A stretch of DNA of 52,284 nucleotides from a virus (taxonomy: Duplodnaviria; Caudoviricetes). The position numbers were made by a program, and so were the translations under genes. Under the pieces are notes generated by a model. The model ran no database searches. It was not told the origin of the DNA and saw only the letters and a list, made by a program, of their open reading frames with translations. Positions 34,742 to 45,022 of the stretch are shown here, piece after piece. The number at the start of each line of letters is the position of its first letter. The stretch's first letter is position 1. The stretch spans positions 1-52,284 of the IMG/VR virus record IMGVR_UViG_3300029258_001145, one strand, 5' to 3'.

Positions 34742-35535
34742 CAGACACTCCAATTCCGGTGGTAGGCTATTGTCCCCTCATTCGTTGATACTTCAAGGGT
34801 CGGCCACGCGCCCCAACTCGGGCTTCCGTGGGATGGATCGAGGGTGAAGAACTGGCCAGAAGTTCGTATCGAGTCATCACGGGTCCGTGTGCCAGCAATC
34901 GACTTCGTGATAGTGCGCTTATCCAAATCGACCTCAAGGAAATCATCAGAAGTCAGTGCAATCGTGAAGCCCATTGTTTCCTTGGACTCCCCACTTGAAG
35001 CACGATAGGTCAGTGTTGGGTTTGTGGCCGCACCCATGATAGTGACCACACCACCGGAGGGCAGATCGCCAAGCGGAACCTCGGTCCTTGAGGTATCGAA
35101 ACTGATGATCTGGCCATAGCGGTCGAAGCGATACGGGCGAGGGGTCAAGAAGCTCAGATTGACAATCAGGCCAGGCTCGACAAACGAGTTGGCCGACGAT
35201 TCAGGGACCGCCGAAACATTCGTACAGATGGCCTCAAGGACCTTGTCGGGTTGGTCGGCAAAGCGGAGTTCAAGAAGTCCCTTCATCCGCCAAACGACTT
35301 CATTGATCTTGGATTCCCGATCGGTGAGCGATGTTGGCTTGAGTCGCGCCGACACGGAAAGTGACCCCGCCCCCACGGTGAAAGCCGGACTCGGCACACC
35401 ACCAATCGAGCCGGGTAGCGGTAGGGTCGGAACACTGAAACCCGGCCCCGTCATCCAACCCGGATGCCCCGTGACATGGAGATCCATGTCAGTCAACGGC
35501 ATATCATTAACGTACAGCACCTCGGATTCAGCCAT
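34741..35535 (-). CDS. Distal tail protein (Dit)-like
   Basis: LELRFADQPDK, LSFLTPRPYRF, GAATNPTL, LEVDLDKRTI, GQFFTLDP. Confidence 0.7.
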   Translation of the reverse strand: MAESEVLYVNDMPLTDMDLHVTGHPGWMTGPGFSVPTLPLPGSIGGVPSPAFTVGAGSLSVSARLKPTSLTDRESKINEVVWRMKGLLELRFADQPDKVLEAICTNVSAVPESSANSFVEPGLIVNLSFLTPRPYRFDRYGQIISFDTSRTEVPLGDLPSGGVVTIMGAATNPTLTYRASSGESKETMGFTIALTSDDFLEVDLDKRTITKSIAGTRTRDDSIRTSGQFFTLDPSHGSPSWGAWPTLEVSTNEGTIAYHRNWSV

Positions 35536-35537
35536 GC

Positions 35538-38270
35538 TCAGTACTCGGTTGGAGTCACCACACCACCCGTGGAATTGGCCGGTGCGACAGAGCGCCATGC
35601 GCCATCTTCGCGCACGGCCGGCCTGACCTCTGGCCCCGTCAACTCAGTCGTCTGGTCGGACTCTGGCCGCCGGATCGTATAGCGTGGGTTCATCAACTTT
35701 TTGGAGGCCAGGCGCACCGTCTTCTCAAGTACAACCTGGGTGTTCAGCGGGTCGGCAAAGTCGTAAGAAATGGCGATGATCCGCGCATCGACATCAATGC
35801 CAAGATCAGAATCCTCAATGGGGACTGTCGCCCCCAACACAAGTCTTTCGTCGGACGCATCAAAGCCGGGAACCTTCGTCAGGTCACGTAGCGATATCTG
35901 ATACGAAACCTCTGGAGACGAGACCACGGAAAGGCGGCTGTTCGCATCCTGCCAAAGCGTGTTGGCCAGCGAACCGGGTGTGATGGGTGGCTCGGTCTCA
36001 GGGCCCAGCCACACAGACACATAGCGGAGAGCCTGGAGGTACTCGGCCATCGTCCAAAGGATCTGTTTGGTTGACCCGCCAATTGACGCACGGAACGGAT
36101 AAACCTTACAGACCAGCTCCTTGTCTTCGGCAATCGTTATCGAACCACTGATATCGTGATGAGATTCCGCGTAGGCACTCGTGGTAATGTCGGAGTCTGA
36201 TGCGTAGAACGTGTCCGTGTCATAGGCACCCGCAGAACCGAGTTCCCTGGAGTCGAGTTCAATGCGGGCCATCTCGGTTGTTGACGAACTCTGGGCATAG
36301 GTCTTCCCGTCGTTCCACAAGGTGAAACCGGCCCCCACGTACACACTCGCCTTGCCCGGCACATACCGGACAGCGATTCCAGGGAAACTCAGGTATTGGC
36401 TGTCAAACGGATCGTGGGCAACCAGGACATAATCACCCACACTCACGGCCCACGTATTGGGATCGCCCGGATAGGTCAGCCACGCGGCACTCCCATCACT
36501 CGCAGCATTGCCCAGTGTCGAGTTCTCGAAATGCACCCGGGCAGCACCCGAGCCGTCTGTCACAAAGCCACAGGCACCCGTCTTAACGCGGTCTGTAGCC
36601 GTATTGTCGGTGAAGTTGACCCTGAACCCGGGCGGGAAGTATGTCGATGCGGACAGGCCCGTTATGTCGATGTAGCGGACCGAGGTTGTGAGGTGGTCGC
36701 CATCTACCGTACCCACCAAATCGGAGGGCCAACCATCAGCGGCACTGAGTGGATAGCCAAGGGCATATTTGTCGGCAGCTTGGCCCGTATCGAGAGAGCC
36801 GAGCGAGCAGAGGTCCGACCCACCAAGCGTCGGCCATCCATCAACATCACCCGATATGTCGATGCCCGTGACCAATAACAACAGCTCGCCGTCCGATGCC
36901 GTGATGGCTGAGTCAATGGTTACTGTTGCATCGCCCGAACCATCGGCAGTGTCACCAGACGAAACCGCGAAATCCCAATCGGCGGCAGAGGCATTATTGA
37001 AATAGCCCGATGAGGTTTGGTGAATCAGTGCATCAGTGCCAACGACGAGGCCAACAGGTAGGTCCTTCAGGTTCAGCGTCGTGGTTGAAGAATGGACACC
37101 ATCAACCGTCGCTGCGACTAGCCTGGTTGTGACATCGCCCCAGCCTGTCAACTGGGAGAGTGTGCCACCAGGAGCATAGTTCCGTGATGTGGGCTGGTCG
37201 GGCCGATCGAAGATACCGACCCTACGACTGTAGGCCGTGATGGCCGACGGAGATGGGAGTTCGGAGAGTAACGATCCACTGGAATCGCGAACGACTCTGA
37301 CCAAGTCACCAACCGCAAAGTCTGATGGCGTCGAGGCCATGGTACAAATCTGTGTAGACTCAACGGAATCACTAATCTCTAGCCGTGTTGTTTCTGTCGC
37401 AGATTCGAGATAGTAGCCATTCAACTGGTCATCTTCGCCTATTGGCCCATCGCCACCAAGCGGATCGGCAAGGGTCAGATCATCGCCGCTCTTCGCCGTT
37501 ATCTCCCAGGCATTGTCGCCGATATCACCAAATTCGAGGGCACCCGAAGGCACCCGCCCGCGTGGTACGATGACCGACGCAAGGCCAGTCGTAGATACCG
37601 CCTTCTTGACGGTCAGAAGGTTGCGCCCAAACTCAACGGGCGCTGTCGTTGTGCCCGACCCTGTTTCGGCAATATCAATGCGGTAGTCTGTCGAACCGTT
37701 CCTACGCAGCCTGAGTTCGTAGTCGGGGAACTTGGCCGTCAGGTCCCTGAGTAGTTCGAGTGCCGTATAGCCATCCCACGCGAGTTCGACCCAGTCCGTA
37801 GGTGTCACGGTTCCGCGAACAATCCAGGATGGACAGTTCGTGTTGCCTATGACGTAGGTGTCAATAATTTGGTGCGCCGTCAGCCGGATTGCCCCAAGAT
37901 TCCGGCGCATTGTACCGCCAGAAGGCTGATATTCGACCAGGAAGTTTTTCAGGTCCCAAAGGAGCGGGTCACCAACAATAGAAAGAAAGGCATGGCCGTT
38001 ATCGGCCCTGACCTCATTGATACCCGAAACCCGCCACTCCCAGACATCATCTGTGTCCGAATCCTCAATGCGGATAATGGTGTCAATGGCTAGGTCATCG
38101 TACCACGCCCAATCGTTGCCCTCAGAATCGAAGCGGGTTGCTGTCAATTCAAGGGTTTCATCGGCAGCCAATGATGTTTTTTGGAGCCCCGCGACCACAC
38201 CAACAATTACCGATTGGCGAGTGCCAGAATCACATTCCGGCGCATCCCAAATCTCGAAATGGTACGCCAT
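35538..38270 (-). CDS. Tail tip/hub protein (Tal-like) with central insertion
   Basis: VEFGRNLLTVKK...VIVPRG; C-terminal PEVSYQISLRDL...LVLGATV...DSDLGIDVDARIIAISYD. Confidence 0.75.
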   Translation of the reverse strand: MAYHFEIWDAPECDSGTRQSVIVGVVAGLQKTSLAADETLELTATRFDSEGNDWAWYDDLAIDTIIRIEDSDTDDVWEWRVSGINEVRADNGHAFLSIVGDPLLWDLKNFLVEYQPSGGTMRRNLGAIRLTAHQIIDTYVIGNTNCPSWIVRGTVTPTDWVELAWDGYTALELLRDLTAKFPDYELRLRRNGSTDYRIDIAETGSGTTTAPVEFGRNLLTVKKAVSTTGLASVIVPRGRVPSGALEFGDIGDNAWEITAKSGDDLTLADPLGGDGPIGEDDQLNGYYLESATETTRLEISDSVESTQICTMASTPSDFAVGDLVRVVRDSSGSLLSELPSPSAITAYSRRVGIFDRPDQPTSRNYAPGGTLSQLTGWGDVTTRLVAATVDGVHSSTTTLNLKDLPVGLVVGTDALIHQTSSGYFNNASAADWDFAVSSGDTADGSGDATVTIDSAITASDGELLLLVTGIDISGDVDGWPTLGGSDLCSLGSLDTGQAADKYALGYPLSAADGWPSDLVGTVDGDHLTTSVRYIDITGLSASTYFPPGFRVNFTDNTATDRVKTGACGFVTDGSGAARVHFENSTLGNAASDGSAAWLTYPGDPNTWAVSVGDYVLVAHDPFDSQYLSFPGIAVRYVPGKASVYVGAGFTLWNDGKTYAQSSSTTEMARIELDSRELGSAGAYDTDTFYASDSDITTSAYAESHHDISGSITIAEDKELVCKVYPFRASIGGSTKQILWTMAEYLQALRYVSVWLGPETEPPITPGSLANTLWQDANSRLSVVSSPEVSYQISLRDLTKVPGFDASDERLVLGATVPIEDSDLGIDVDARIIAISYDFADPLNTQVVLEKTVRLASKKLMNPRYTIRRPESDQTTELTGPEVRPAVREDGAWRSVAPANSTGGVVTPTEY

Positions 38271-41200
38271 CAGACGAACACCCTGCCCGCAGCGATCTCT
38301 TGTTTGACCACCGCACCACCAAGTCCAGCATCCAGACCACCACCCGTATTCCTGACAATGGCGCGGTTACTCCCGGCGATATCCTGAAGCACGGCAAGCG
38401 AAGACAGCAGAATCGCATTCATCTGCATCCCGGCTGTTTCAGATAGGCCCGCCGCTGTCGAGTGGTGAACTGTTGAGCCTGTAGGTGTTGTGACATTCGG
38501 TGCTGCGGCCGACCGTGGTTCGTCGGGCGGATACAGCAGGTCCCAGAGGTTTTGATATTCTCGGGTCTGGAGTTCCTTTAGCCGCTCAATGACCCCCCCG
38601 GTGACACCGGCTTCAATGGCCTCATTCAATGCCTGTTGCTGGCGAATCTGTAGTTGGAGTAGGCGGGCCTCTTCATCGAGTCCTGCGGCATAGAGTTCCC
38701 TGACCCGAATGTCCTCAATGAGCGAAAGCTGGTAGCGTTCCTGTGCTTCAGCGGCGAGTTCGGCAGCCTCGGCGATCTCCTCAAACAGACCTGCGAGTTC
38801 GGCTTCCTGGAGCGCCTTCAGTGCCTCGACGAGATCGTCTGATGCGCCATCCTCAATGGCTTCATTCAACTCCCTTTGGTGCTTGAGTTGGAGTTGAAGG
38901 ATCTCGTAGCCTTCATTCATGCCCCGCACCTGGAGTGTGCGTAGCCTGATGTCCTCTTCAAGCGCGGTCGGGTCGTATATCGTCTCGACAACCTCATTCA
39001 GGCCATCAATGAACTGATCCCATTCAAGCCCCAGGATCTCGCGGAGTGCGGCAAGCTGGTCCTCTGACCACCCATCCTCGATGGCCTTGTTTAGTTCGTT
39101 GCGTTGTTCGATCTCCTTCTGGCGCATCTCCAGTTCGTCGCCCTGGAGGCCGATCAGTGAACGGCGATCTTCGAGTGAGAGGTCTATCGCTGCAGCTTCT
39201 TTCGCTAGGCGTGCCGCTTCCTTGGCCGCCTTCGCCTCTTCCTCCCTGGCCCTGGCCAACTCTTCTAGTGCCTGGATCTCCGCTAGACGGGCACGGGTTT
39301 CGACGTCCCAACCGGCGGCCTCTGCGGCGGCCAGTTCCTTGCGATTGTCAATCTCGCGCCGTAGTGCCTCGGACTCTTCGGTCAGGCCCAGGGCCGCCAG
39401 TTCCCGCACGTCCAGGCTTTCGTGATACAGCGCCGTGACCTCGGCCATCTTGTCGGCCAAGAGTTGTTCGAGTTTCAGGCGTTCGGCTTCGATCTCTAGC
39501 GGATCGGTGGTGCGCGGTTGGGCTGTACGGGTCAGGGCATCTAGTTGGGCATTCAGGTCCTCGAACCACGCAGTCAGGCTTGACGGCGTTCCACCAACGG
39601 CATCCTCGAATTGTTCGACCGATTCTTGGAAACGCTCAGTCGCCTCGCGTTCTCGGTCGAGGCGGTCAAGCTCCATCTGCTGGTGACGTGCGCGGCTGGC
39701 CGCATCCTCTTCAAAGAGGCCCCTGATGCCGCTTACCATACTCCCGATAAGCGGAACAACAGCACCCTGGAATGCGGTGGCATTGAGTTGGGCGGGGGAG
39801 AAGCCTACGCCCCCCTCGCTTTCGGCGGCCTCACGAACCGCTGCCCACGCATCAGCGGCATCCCAAACGACACCCGCAGTCAGTCCAATTGTGCGGTTGA
39901 CCTCTTCCAGGGCCGAGCCGACAGCCTGGAGGCCCTCGTGCCAGTCAGTTGTTTCGTCGGCGACGTACTCTAGGCTGCCGGCCACCCCGGCCAATTCGGT
40001 ACGAACAGGCGCGAGATCCAGCCCGAGCCACGGACTGATGCCGGACAATCCACCGCCACCGGCACCCGACCAGCGGTCGGCAGTCGATTGGATGAATGCC
40101 TGTTCGGCCTGTTCTTTCGCCGCCTTGATGGCTTCCGTGAGTTGTTCGTAGGCGGTCTTGGTGTCTTCAACATCTTTCTTTACACCCTGCTGCTCCTTCC
40201 GCCATTTCTCCATGAACTCGTCAAGAGTCGGCGGAAGCGTGATGGCCTCCATCTCGTCGCCAGTGCCCCTCACCAGTTCAAAGACGTCGGACCATGTTTC
40301 TTTCAGATCAGAAAAAGCGCCCTTCGGGTCTAGTTCATAGATTGCCTTGTCAATGGCATTGAGGGTCTTGAGGATACCGCCGAAAATGGCCGCAGCCTCG
40401 GCCGCCTTCTCTGCCGTCTGCCGGAAGTCTTCCATTGACTCCCTGGCCTCATCGACGTCCGGGATGAACTCCTCGATTACGGGCAGAAACTCAGTGGCGA
40501 CAATCTCTTTGGCTTCGCGGAACATCGCGCCGAGTTGGCGGGTGGTTCCCTGCGTTGTGTCAAGCGTCTCTTCAAGGTTGCCGACCTGTACACCGGCCCG
40601 GTCGTACATCAGCGCCACAGCGGCCAGCGCCTTCTCTTCGCGGGTTACCTCGCTGATGTGGTTCTTCTTGGTATCGAGCAGAACTTGCTCTTTGAGGGCT
40701 GCTTCGTCGTAGTACAGGCCGAGCCGTTTCAGCGCCTCACGCTCTCCCGTGAGTGCCGATGTGAGGGCGTGTAGAACCTGCTCGGTGGGAAGATTGTTGA
40801 ATGCCGCCACGTCACCAGCGAGCCGGACGATCTGTTCCGACATTTCGGCCGACGCCTTGGCCGATGCACCCATACCCTGCGCCACGACCGCCGTGGTGGC
40901 CATCATCTCACGGGCTTCTGTGACCGTGAGCCCCATCTTGTTGGCGTACTCGCCCAAGAACTCATCCGCCTCTTTGATGGCGGGCCCGAGGGCGATACGG
41001 AACTTGTCGGCGGTCTCCTGGACCGCAGCACCCGTCTCAAGTACGAACTGCGTGAACTTGATCGTGCCCGCCACGGCAGCAGCACCGGCCACAGCAGCAT
41101 ACGCCGACTTCAGGGAATGAAGGCCCTGTGTAAGCTTGTTGGTGCTTTTCTTTTGGGTCTCGTTCGCGCCCTCTTGTTCGCGCTGCGCTTTGGCTACATC

Positions 41201-41290
41201 ACGAAGGGCTTTCGAGATTAACGCTAGGTCGCTCTCGGCATTGCCGGTATGTACGCCTACTTTCAGGCCAGCATCTTCGTGGGCACTCAT
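38270..41290 (-). CDS. Tape measure protein
   Basis: 1006 aa, Ala/Glu-rich and helical, follows the tail chaperones; LAGDVAAFNN...ALTGEREALKRLG. Confidence 0.9.
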   Translation of the reverse strand: MSAHEDAGLKVGVHTGNAESDLALISKALRDVAKAQREQEGANETQKKSTNKLTQGLHSLKSAYAAVAGAAAVAGTIKFTQFVLETGAAVQETADKFRIALGPAIKEADEFLGEYANKMGLTVTEAREMMATTAVVAQGMGASAKASAEMSEQIVRLAGDVAAFNNLPTEQVLHALTSALTGEREALKRLGLYYDEAALKEQVLLDTKKNHISEVTREEKALAAVALMYDRAGVQVGNLEETLDTTQGTTRQLGAMFREAKEIVATEFLPVIEEFIPDVDEARESMEDFRQTAEKAAEAAAIFGGILKTLNAIDKAIYELDPKGAFSDLKETWSDVFELVRGTGDEMEAITLPPTLDEFMEKWRKEQQGVKKDVEDTKTAYEQLTEAIKAAKEQAEQAFIQSTADRWSGAGGGGLSGISPWLGLDLAPVRTELAGVAGSLEYVADETTDWHEGLQAVGSALEEVNRTIGLTAGVVWDAADAWAAVREAAESEGGVGFSPAQLNATAFQGAVVPLIGSMVSGIRGLFEEDAASRARHQQMELDRLDREREATERFQESVEQFEDAVGGTPSSLTAWFEDLNAQLDALTRTAQPRTTDPLEIEAERLKLEQLLADKMAEVTALYHESLDVRELAALGLTEESEALRREIDNRKELAAAEAAGWDVETRARLAEIQALEELARAREEEAKAAKEAARLAKEAAAIDLSLEDRRSLIGLQGDELEMRQKEIEQRNELNKAIEDGWSEDQLAALREILGLEWDQFIDGLNEVVETIYDPTALEEDIRLRTLQVRGMNEGYEILQLQLKHQRELNEAIEDGASDDLVEALKALQEAELAGLFEEIAEAAELAAEAQERYQLSLIEDIRVRELYAAGLDEEARLLQLQIRQQQALNEAIEAGVTGGVIERLKELQTREYQNLWDLLYPPDEPRSAAAPNVTTPTGSTVHHSTAAGLSETAGMQMNAILLSSLAVLQDIAGSNRAIVRNTGGGLDAGLGGAVVKQEIAAGRVFV

Positions 41291-41644
41291 CTATTCAGTC
41301 TTCCTTCGGACAGCCTTCATATAGGCCGTGTCCATAGCGCGGATCAGGGTGCGGAACGTCTGTGTCTCCGTGATGCCCTCCGTCTGGATGAAGTCCGAGA
41401 CTGATGCCCGTGGAATCGGGGCCATACCGCCCATGGAAATCGGGCGGTCGGTGGTCAGATCCCAAAAGGCATCGGTCAGCCATGTCAAATGGTCCGGTAG
41501 TGTCGGGTGGCCTTGGTGTTCTTTGCCATCAGCATCTAGCCAGTAGTCCCAGCCTTCGGTTCGGTGTCCTCCTTCGATTCGCTCTTGGATGGCTTTGTTT
41601 CGGAGGAAGTCGCCGTATCGGACTCGCCACTCAATGATTTTCCC
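41291..41644 (-). CDS. -1 frame extension of the tail assembly chaperone (G-T type)
   Basis: Slippery GGGAAAA at 41644-41638; the -1 frame is open to TAG 41291 (IEWRVRYGDF...LTWLTDAFWDLTTDR). Confidence 0.8.
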   Translation of the reverse strand, partial: GKIIEWRVRYGDFLRNKAIQERIEGGHRTEGWDYWLDADGKEHQGHPTLPDHLTWLTDAFWDLTTDRPISMGGMAPIPRASVSDFIQTEGITETQTFRTLIRAMDTAYMKAVRRKTE

Positions 41645-42054
41645 AGGCGGTCCGTGGCCTCCTTGAGATCATCAAAGCGGAAGAGTTCCTTGTCGCGCCC
41701 CTTCCTGCGGACGGCCTCACGGAAGTCGGGAACCTCAAGCATGAGATCCACAGCACCGTCTTCGGAAAACGGGATTGGGCGGGCCTCGTAGGACAACTCC
41801 CAATCGACCAGTACGGTGCCAGCCAGGACGCGGGCCCACGCCTCGCCGATCTCTTCCTCTGAAAGCGTCTGTTCCTGTTCCTGGAGAAGCGGCTTGATGT
41901 GTTCGAGGACGCGGTTTTTGAACGCCTTCGAATGCCGCTCACTGGCGATCCTGACCGGGATCTCTACATCACCGACCAGGACCGTTGTCCACACGCCTTC
42001 TGCCCCCTTGGCGCGGTCTACACCACGCTTGAGAACATCCTTCAAATCCGCCAT
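41536..42054 (-). CDS. Tail assembly chaperone
   Basis: Between tail tube and TMP; EGVW...LAGTVLVDWE...IPFS. Confidence 0.85.
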   Translation of the reverse strand: MADLKDVLKRGVDRAKGAEGVWTTVLVGDVEIPVRIASERHSKAFKNRVLEHIKPLLQEQEQTLSEEEIGEAWARVLAGTVLVDWELSYEARPIPFSEDGAVDLMLEVPDFREAVRRKGRDKELFRFDDLKEATDRLGKSLSGESDTATSSETKPSKSESKEDTEPKAGTTG

Positions 42055-42072
42055 CAGTTTGCCTCCTGAAGT

Positions 42073-42092
42073 GGGGGCCCCGAAGGGCCCCC
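42073..42092 (-). promoter_or_regulatory. GC hairpin with UUCG loop after the tail tube gene
   Basis: GGGGCCC-TTCG-GGGCCCC; no U-tract, so a stabiliser or weak terminator. Confidence 0.5.
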
Positions 42093-42099
42093 GGTTGGT

Positions 42100-43248
42100 C
42101 TATGCAGCCATCTTCGTTATGTGGACCGTGTAGCCGGTCGTCGCGTCCTTCGACGCCTCCCACTTCACGTTTTCCATGATGTCCGAGTCGATGCCCGGCG
42201 TCTTCGTGTCATCGTCCGCGAAGTAGATGCAGGGCAGGTGGACACCATAGGCATTGCCCGCCGTATCCTGGAACGCGAAGAACAGTGCTGACTGCGTGTG
42301 GGCCAGCCACTTCGTCTTGATGTCATTGTTCGCGAAATAGAGGCTGATCGTGCCCTCGGCCGTGACCGTGCCAAGCCCGATATCGTTCGGATCAGTCGAG
42401 CCACAGACGTCCTGGCTACGCAGCGGATTCGTGATGTTGATGGTTGCGCCCGTCACCGTGACATCGGCGGGCGTAGTGCCCTCCCCCACAATGACTAGGT
42501 TTGAGACCGCATTCATGATCTTCGTTGAGGTCGCTGCCGTGGGAGACCCCGTTCCAATCGTTGAAGAGTCAACGTTTTCGGTGTTGCCCATGAATGGGAA
42601 CGAGACCGAAACCTTGTCTTTTGCCTTGAACGACAGGTCCATCCCCCCACACCGGCAGCCTAGCCAGTTGGAAAAGACGTTCGTGAGGTCGGTATGTTCG
42701 CGCTCGAACGAGAACGACCGAGTCTCTGTGCCGTTCTTCACGACAGCACCCGAGATGGTCACACTTTGACCGGCACTCTCGGTCGTTGCGGGATTCGGGT
42801 AGACGCCGAGTGCGCCAGCGGCGGCGGCCTCGACGTAGTAGACGCGGTTCAGGCTCGACGCACTGAAGCCGCTGACCTTGACGAACTGGCCGACCTCGAA
42901 CGAGCCGAGGCCACTACCCGAGTCGGTTAACTCGGTGGCCGTTGCGGCAATCGACGTGTCGGTCACCGAGGTCTCGGCCCCGAAGTCGGCCGACCGAATT
43001 GCAGACGTGATGAACTCGTCATACGTGCCGAAACTCAACTCGCCCGGCAGCTCACCGACCGAACCATAGCCAGTCTCGATGATGTCACCACGCTGGGCAT
43101 CACCAACGAGTTCGGCACTCTTCATGGTGCTCTTGGTGCCCTTAAACCCGTCACCCGTGGTACGAAGAATCTGAAGGGCCGATGCGGGCGTAGTGCCCCT
43201 GGTTACCTCTTCGATGTACCGGAAGGCCACAGAAGAACTGTCAGCCAT
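42100..43248 (-). CDS. Major tail tube protein
   Basis: AAGGAG SD; YIEEVTRGTTP, ELSFGTYD, RSFSFE, GTISLYF. Confidence 0.9.
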   Translation of the reverse strand: MADSSSVAFRYIEEVTRGTTPASALQILRTTGDGFKGTKSTMKSAELVGDAQRGDIIETGYGSVGELPGELSFGTYDEFITSAIRSADFGAETSVTDTSIAATATELTDSGSGLGSFEVGQFVKVSGFSASSLNRVYYVEAAAAGALGVYPNPATTESAGQSVTISGAVVKNGTETRSFSFEREHTDLTNVFSNWLGCRCGGMDLSFKAKDKVSVSFPFMGNTENVDSSTIGTGSPTAATSTKIMNAVSNLVIVGEGTTPADVTVTGATINITNPLRSQDVCGSTDPNDIGLGTVTAEGTISLYFANNDIKTKWLAHTQSALFFAFQDTAGNAYGVHLPCIYFADDDTKTPGIDSDIMENVKWEASKDATTGYTVHITKMAA

Positions 43249-43283
43249 GTTCCTGCTCCTTTTTGTGGCCTCTTACGGCCCAG

Positions 43284-43330
43284 AAGAAAAAGGGGCGGCA
43301 CCTCCGACATTGGAGGCCCGCCCCACGGCG
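43284..43330 (-). terminator. Intrinsic terminator T3 upstream of the tail tube gene, with shared motif
   Basis: CGCCGT-GGGGCGG-GCCTCC-AATGTC-GGAGG-TG-CCGCCCC-TTTTTCTT. Confidence 0.8.
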
Positions 43331-43347
43331 CTCTTTCGCTATGTTTC

Positions 43348-43788
43348 CTAGACTACCGTGAACTGCTCATCATATTCGTAGGGAACCTCAACGTCGGTCT
43401 GGAACCAGTTCCCCACGGGCCCAATGGACCGGATTGTTGGCGTCCGATACTGCACACTCGCAGCACCGGACTCCTCTTGTTTGCCACGGAACGCGGCGGC
43501 CACCGTCACGGCCCTAGACGTTCCAGCCCCCGCCCCCAGGTGGCGAAGTGTGAACAGCGACAGAATCAGTAGGCCGGGGTGTCTGTACAGGTTCGTTCCG
43601 GCCCCAACATCAGCCTGGAACGCGCTTTCCGTCGCCGTGGCATAGGTCACAACCATATACCCGTCTACGTTGTCTGTATCTGGATCGGGCACCTCGGTTG
43701 CTGTATTCGCCCAAAGCACGTCAAAGCCCGTCGGCTTGTTCGTGTTCACACGAGCCTCAATGAGGGCGCGGGCCGTCGTCTCACTCAC
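43348..43788 (-). CDS. Tail terminator/completion protein
   Basis: Position; YRHPGLL...GAGAG...AAAFRG...WFQTDVEVPY. Confidence 0.75.
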   Translation of the reverse strand: MSETTARALIEARVNTNKPTGFDVLWANTATEVPDPDTDNVDGYMVVTYATATESAFQADVGAGTNLYRHPGLLILSLFTLRHLGAGAGTSRAVTVAAAFRGKQEESGAASVQYRTPTIRSIGPVGNWFQTDVEVPYEYDEQFTVV

Positions 43789-44273
43789 TTGAACCTCCCG
43801 GCCCGGAGCATCGACTTGACGGCCTCAACGGACGCCCTCACAAAGCCGGTACCAGACTTGATCGACCCGGCCCGCATTGTACTTCCGCCGGACCTCGAAC
43901 TCGTGCCTGTCACGACGCCGTACTCCAGCGCCTTGGCATAGGGGACATTGTTTGATAGGCCGATGTATTTGGGGATCAACTGAAACTCGCCCTTCAGGGC
44001 GTCCATGGCATTGTTGGCCCGATTTCTCGACTGTGCTTCTGCCGCCCGCCGGGTTCCCGGACCCTCACCAAATTCCCAGGACGAAAAATGGTCGAGGCTC
44101 ACATCCCACGACCCAACGAAGCGCCCGGTATCAACGGGGCTCGCGGTCATTATCATTCGAAGAAGCTGGAAAACCACCTTCCGCAGTCGGTCGTTGTAGG
44201 CGCCTGTCACGCCGTCATTGATCCACTTGTCGGCCAACGCCTCAAATCCGGCAGAATCGACAATCTTCGTCAT
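43785..44273 (-). CDS. HK97 gp10-like neck protein
   Basis: SPVDTGRFVGSW, SNNVPYAKALEYG. Confidence 0.85.
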   Translation of the reverse strand: MTKIVDSAGFEALADKWINDGVTGAYNDRLRKVVFQLLRMIMTASPVDTGRFVGSWDVSLDHFSSWEFGEGPGTRRAAEAQSRNRANNAMDALKGEFQLIPKYIGLSNNVPYAKALEYGVVTGTSSRSGGSTMRAGSIKSGTGFVRASVEAVKSMLRAGRFK

Positions 44274-44662
44274 CCGCCAATCCTCAGGTGCGCCTGCCAG
44301 GACACGATTTCATTGCCGGTGCCGTGGTCTACGAGGCCGACAATCTTCCATTGTGCATTCGCGCGCTCGGTCGAAAACTCGATGACATCACCCTTCCGGG
44401 GGTCATCTGGCAAGCCATCATTCACGATGATCCCGAAGCGGTCTCCCGGCTGGACCGCCCCGTCGTTCCTGAGTTGGTCCGCCGTCGCACTCCACCACGC
44501 CATAGTCATGGTGTGAGGGAATCCGGCGGGTTCGGACGGTGTGAGCGCCTGGGTCGTGGTGCTGTACGTCCCGTCCGTCAGACGACGGAACAACACATCG
44601 GCCTCGGCCACCTTCGCCGCCGCCTTCACGGCCCGGGTCAACTTGCCATCGAGGAGACCCAC
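44270..44662 (-). CDS. Head closure/head-tail joining protein
   Basis: Position; DGAVQPGDR...PRKGDVI. Confidence 0.7.
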   Translation of the reverse strand: MGLLDGKLTRAVKAAAKVAEADVLFRRLTDGTYSTTTQALTPSEPAGFPHTMTMAWWSATADQLRNDGAVQPGDRFGIIVNDGLPDDPRKGDVIEFSTERANAQWKIVGLVDHGTGNEIVSWQAHLRIGG

Positions 44663-45012
44663 TAGACGTAGCCTTCAACCGCCAGGAACGGCGTCTCACC
44701 ATTCGTGTACGGCATGAAAAACACGTCTTCGTGGCCCCACGAATACGTCTGGCCGGATGCGCCTTCGGGCACATAGATTCGGCCTTGCTGCTCGCCGTCC
44801 GGTGTAGCTTCAACCAGTGCTTTGGTCCGGGCGATATAGCACGCCTTTGAGGCATAGCCGATCTTGACAAACGACACGGCGACCCCGGCACCGGCCCCAT
44901 CATTGAACGTCTGGGTTTCCGAGCCGGAGAGCACCTTTTCGCCCGTACCATCGCCGGCCGAGTGTGTGAGTTCGTTGGTATAGGGCGGTGCGCCCGTAAT
45001 TCCCTTACTCAT
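44662..45012 (-). CDS. Hypothetical virion-region protein
   Basis: GGAG SD; inserted among the connector genes. Confidence 0.65.
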   Translation of the reverse strand: MSKGITGAPPYTNELTHSAGDGTGEKVLSGSETQTFNDGAGAGVAVSFVKIGYASKACYIARTKALVEATPDGEQQGRIYVPEGASGQTYSWGHEDVFFMPYTNGETPFLAVEGYV

Positions 45013-45022
45013 GTCATCTCCA

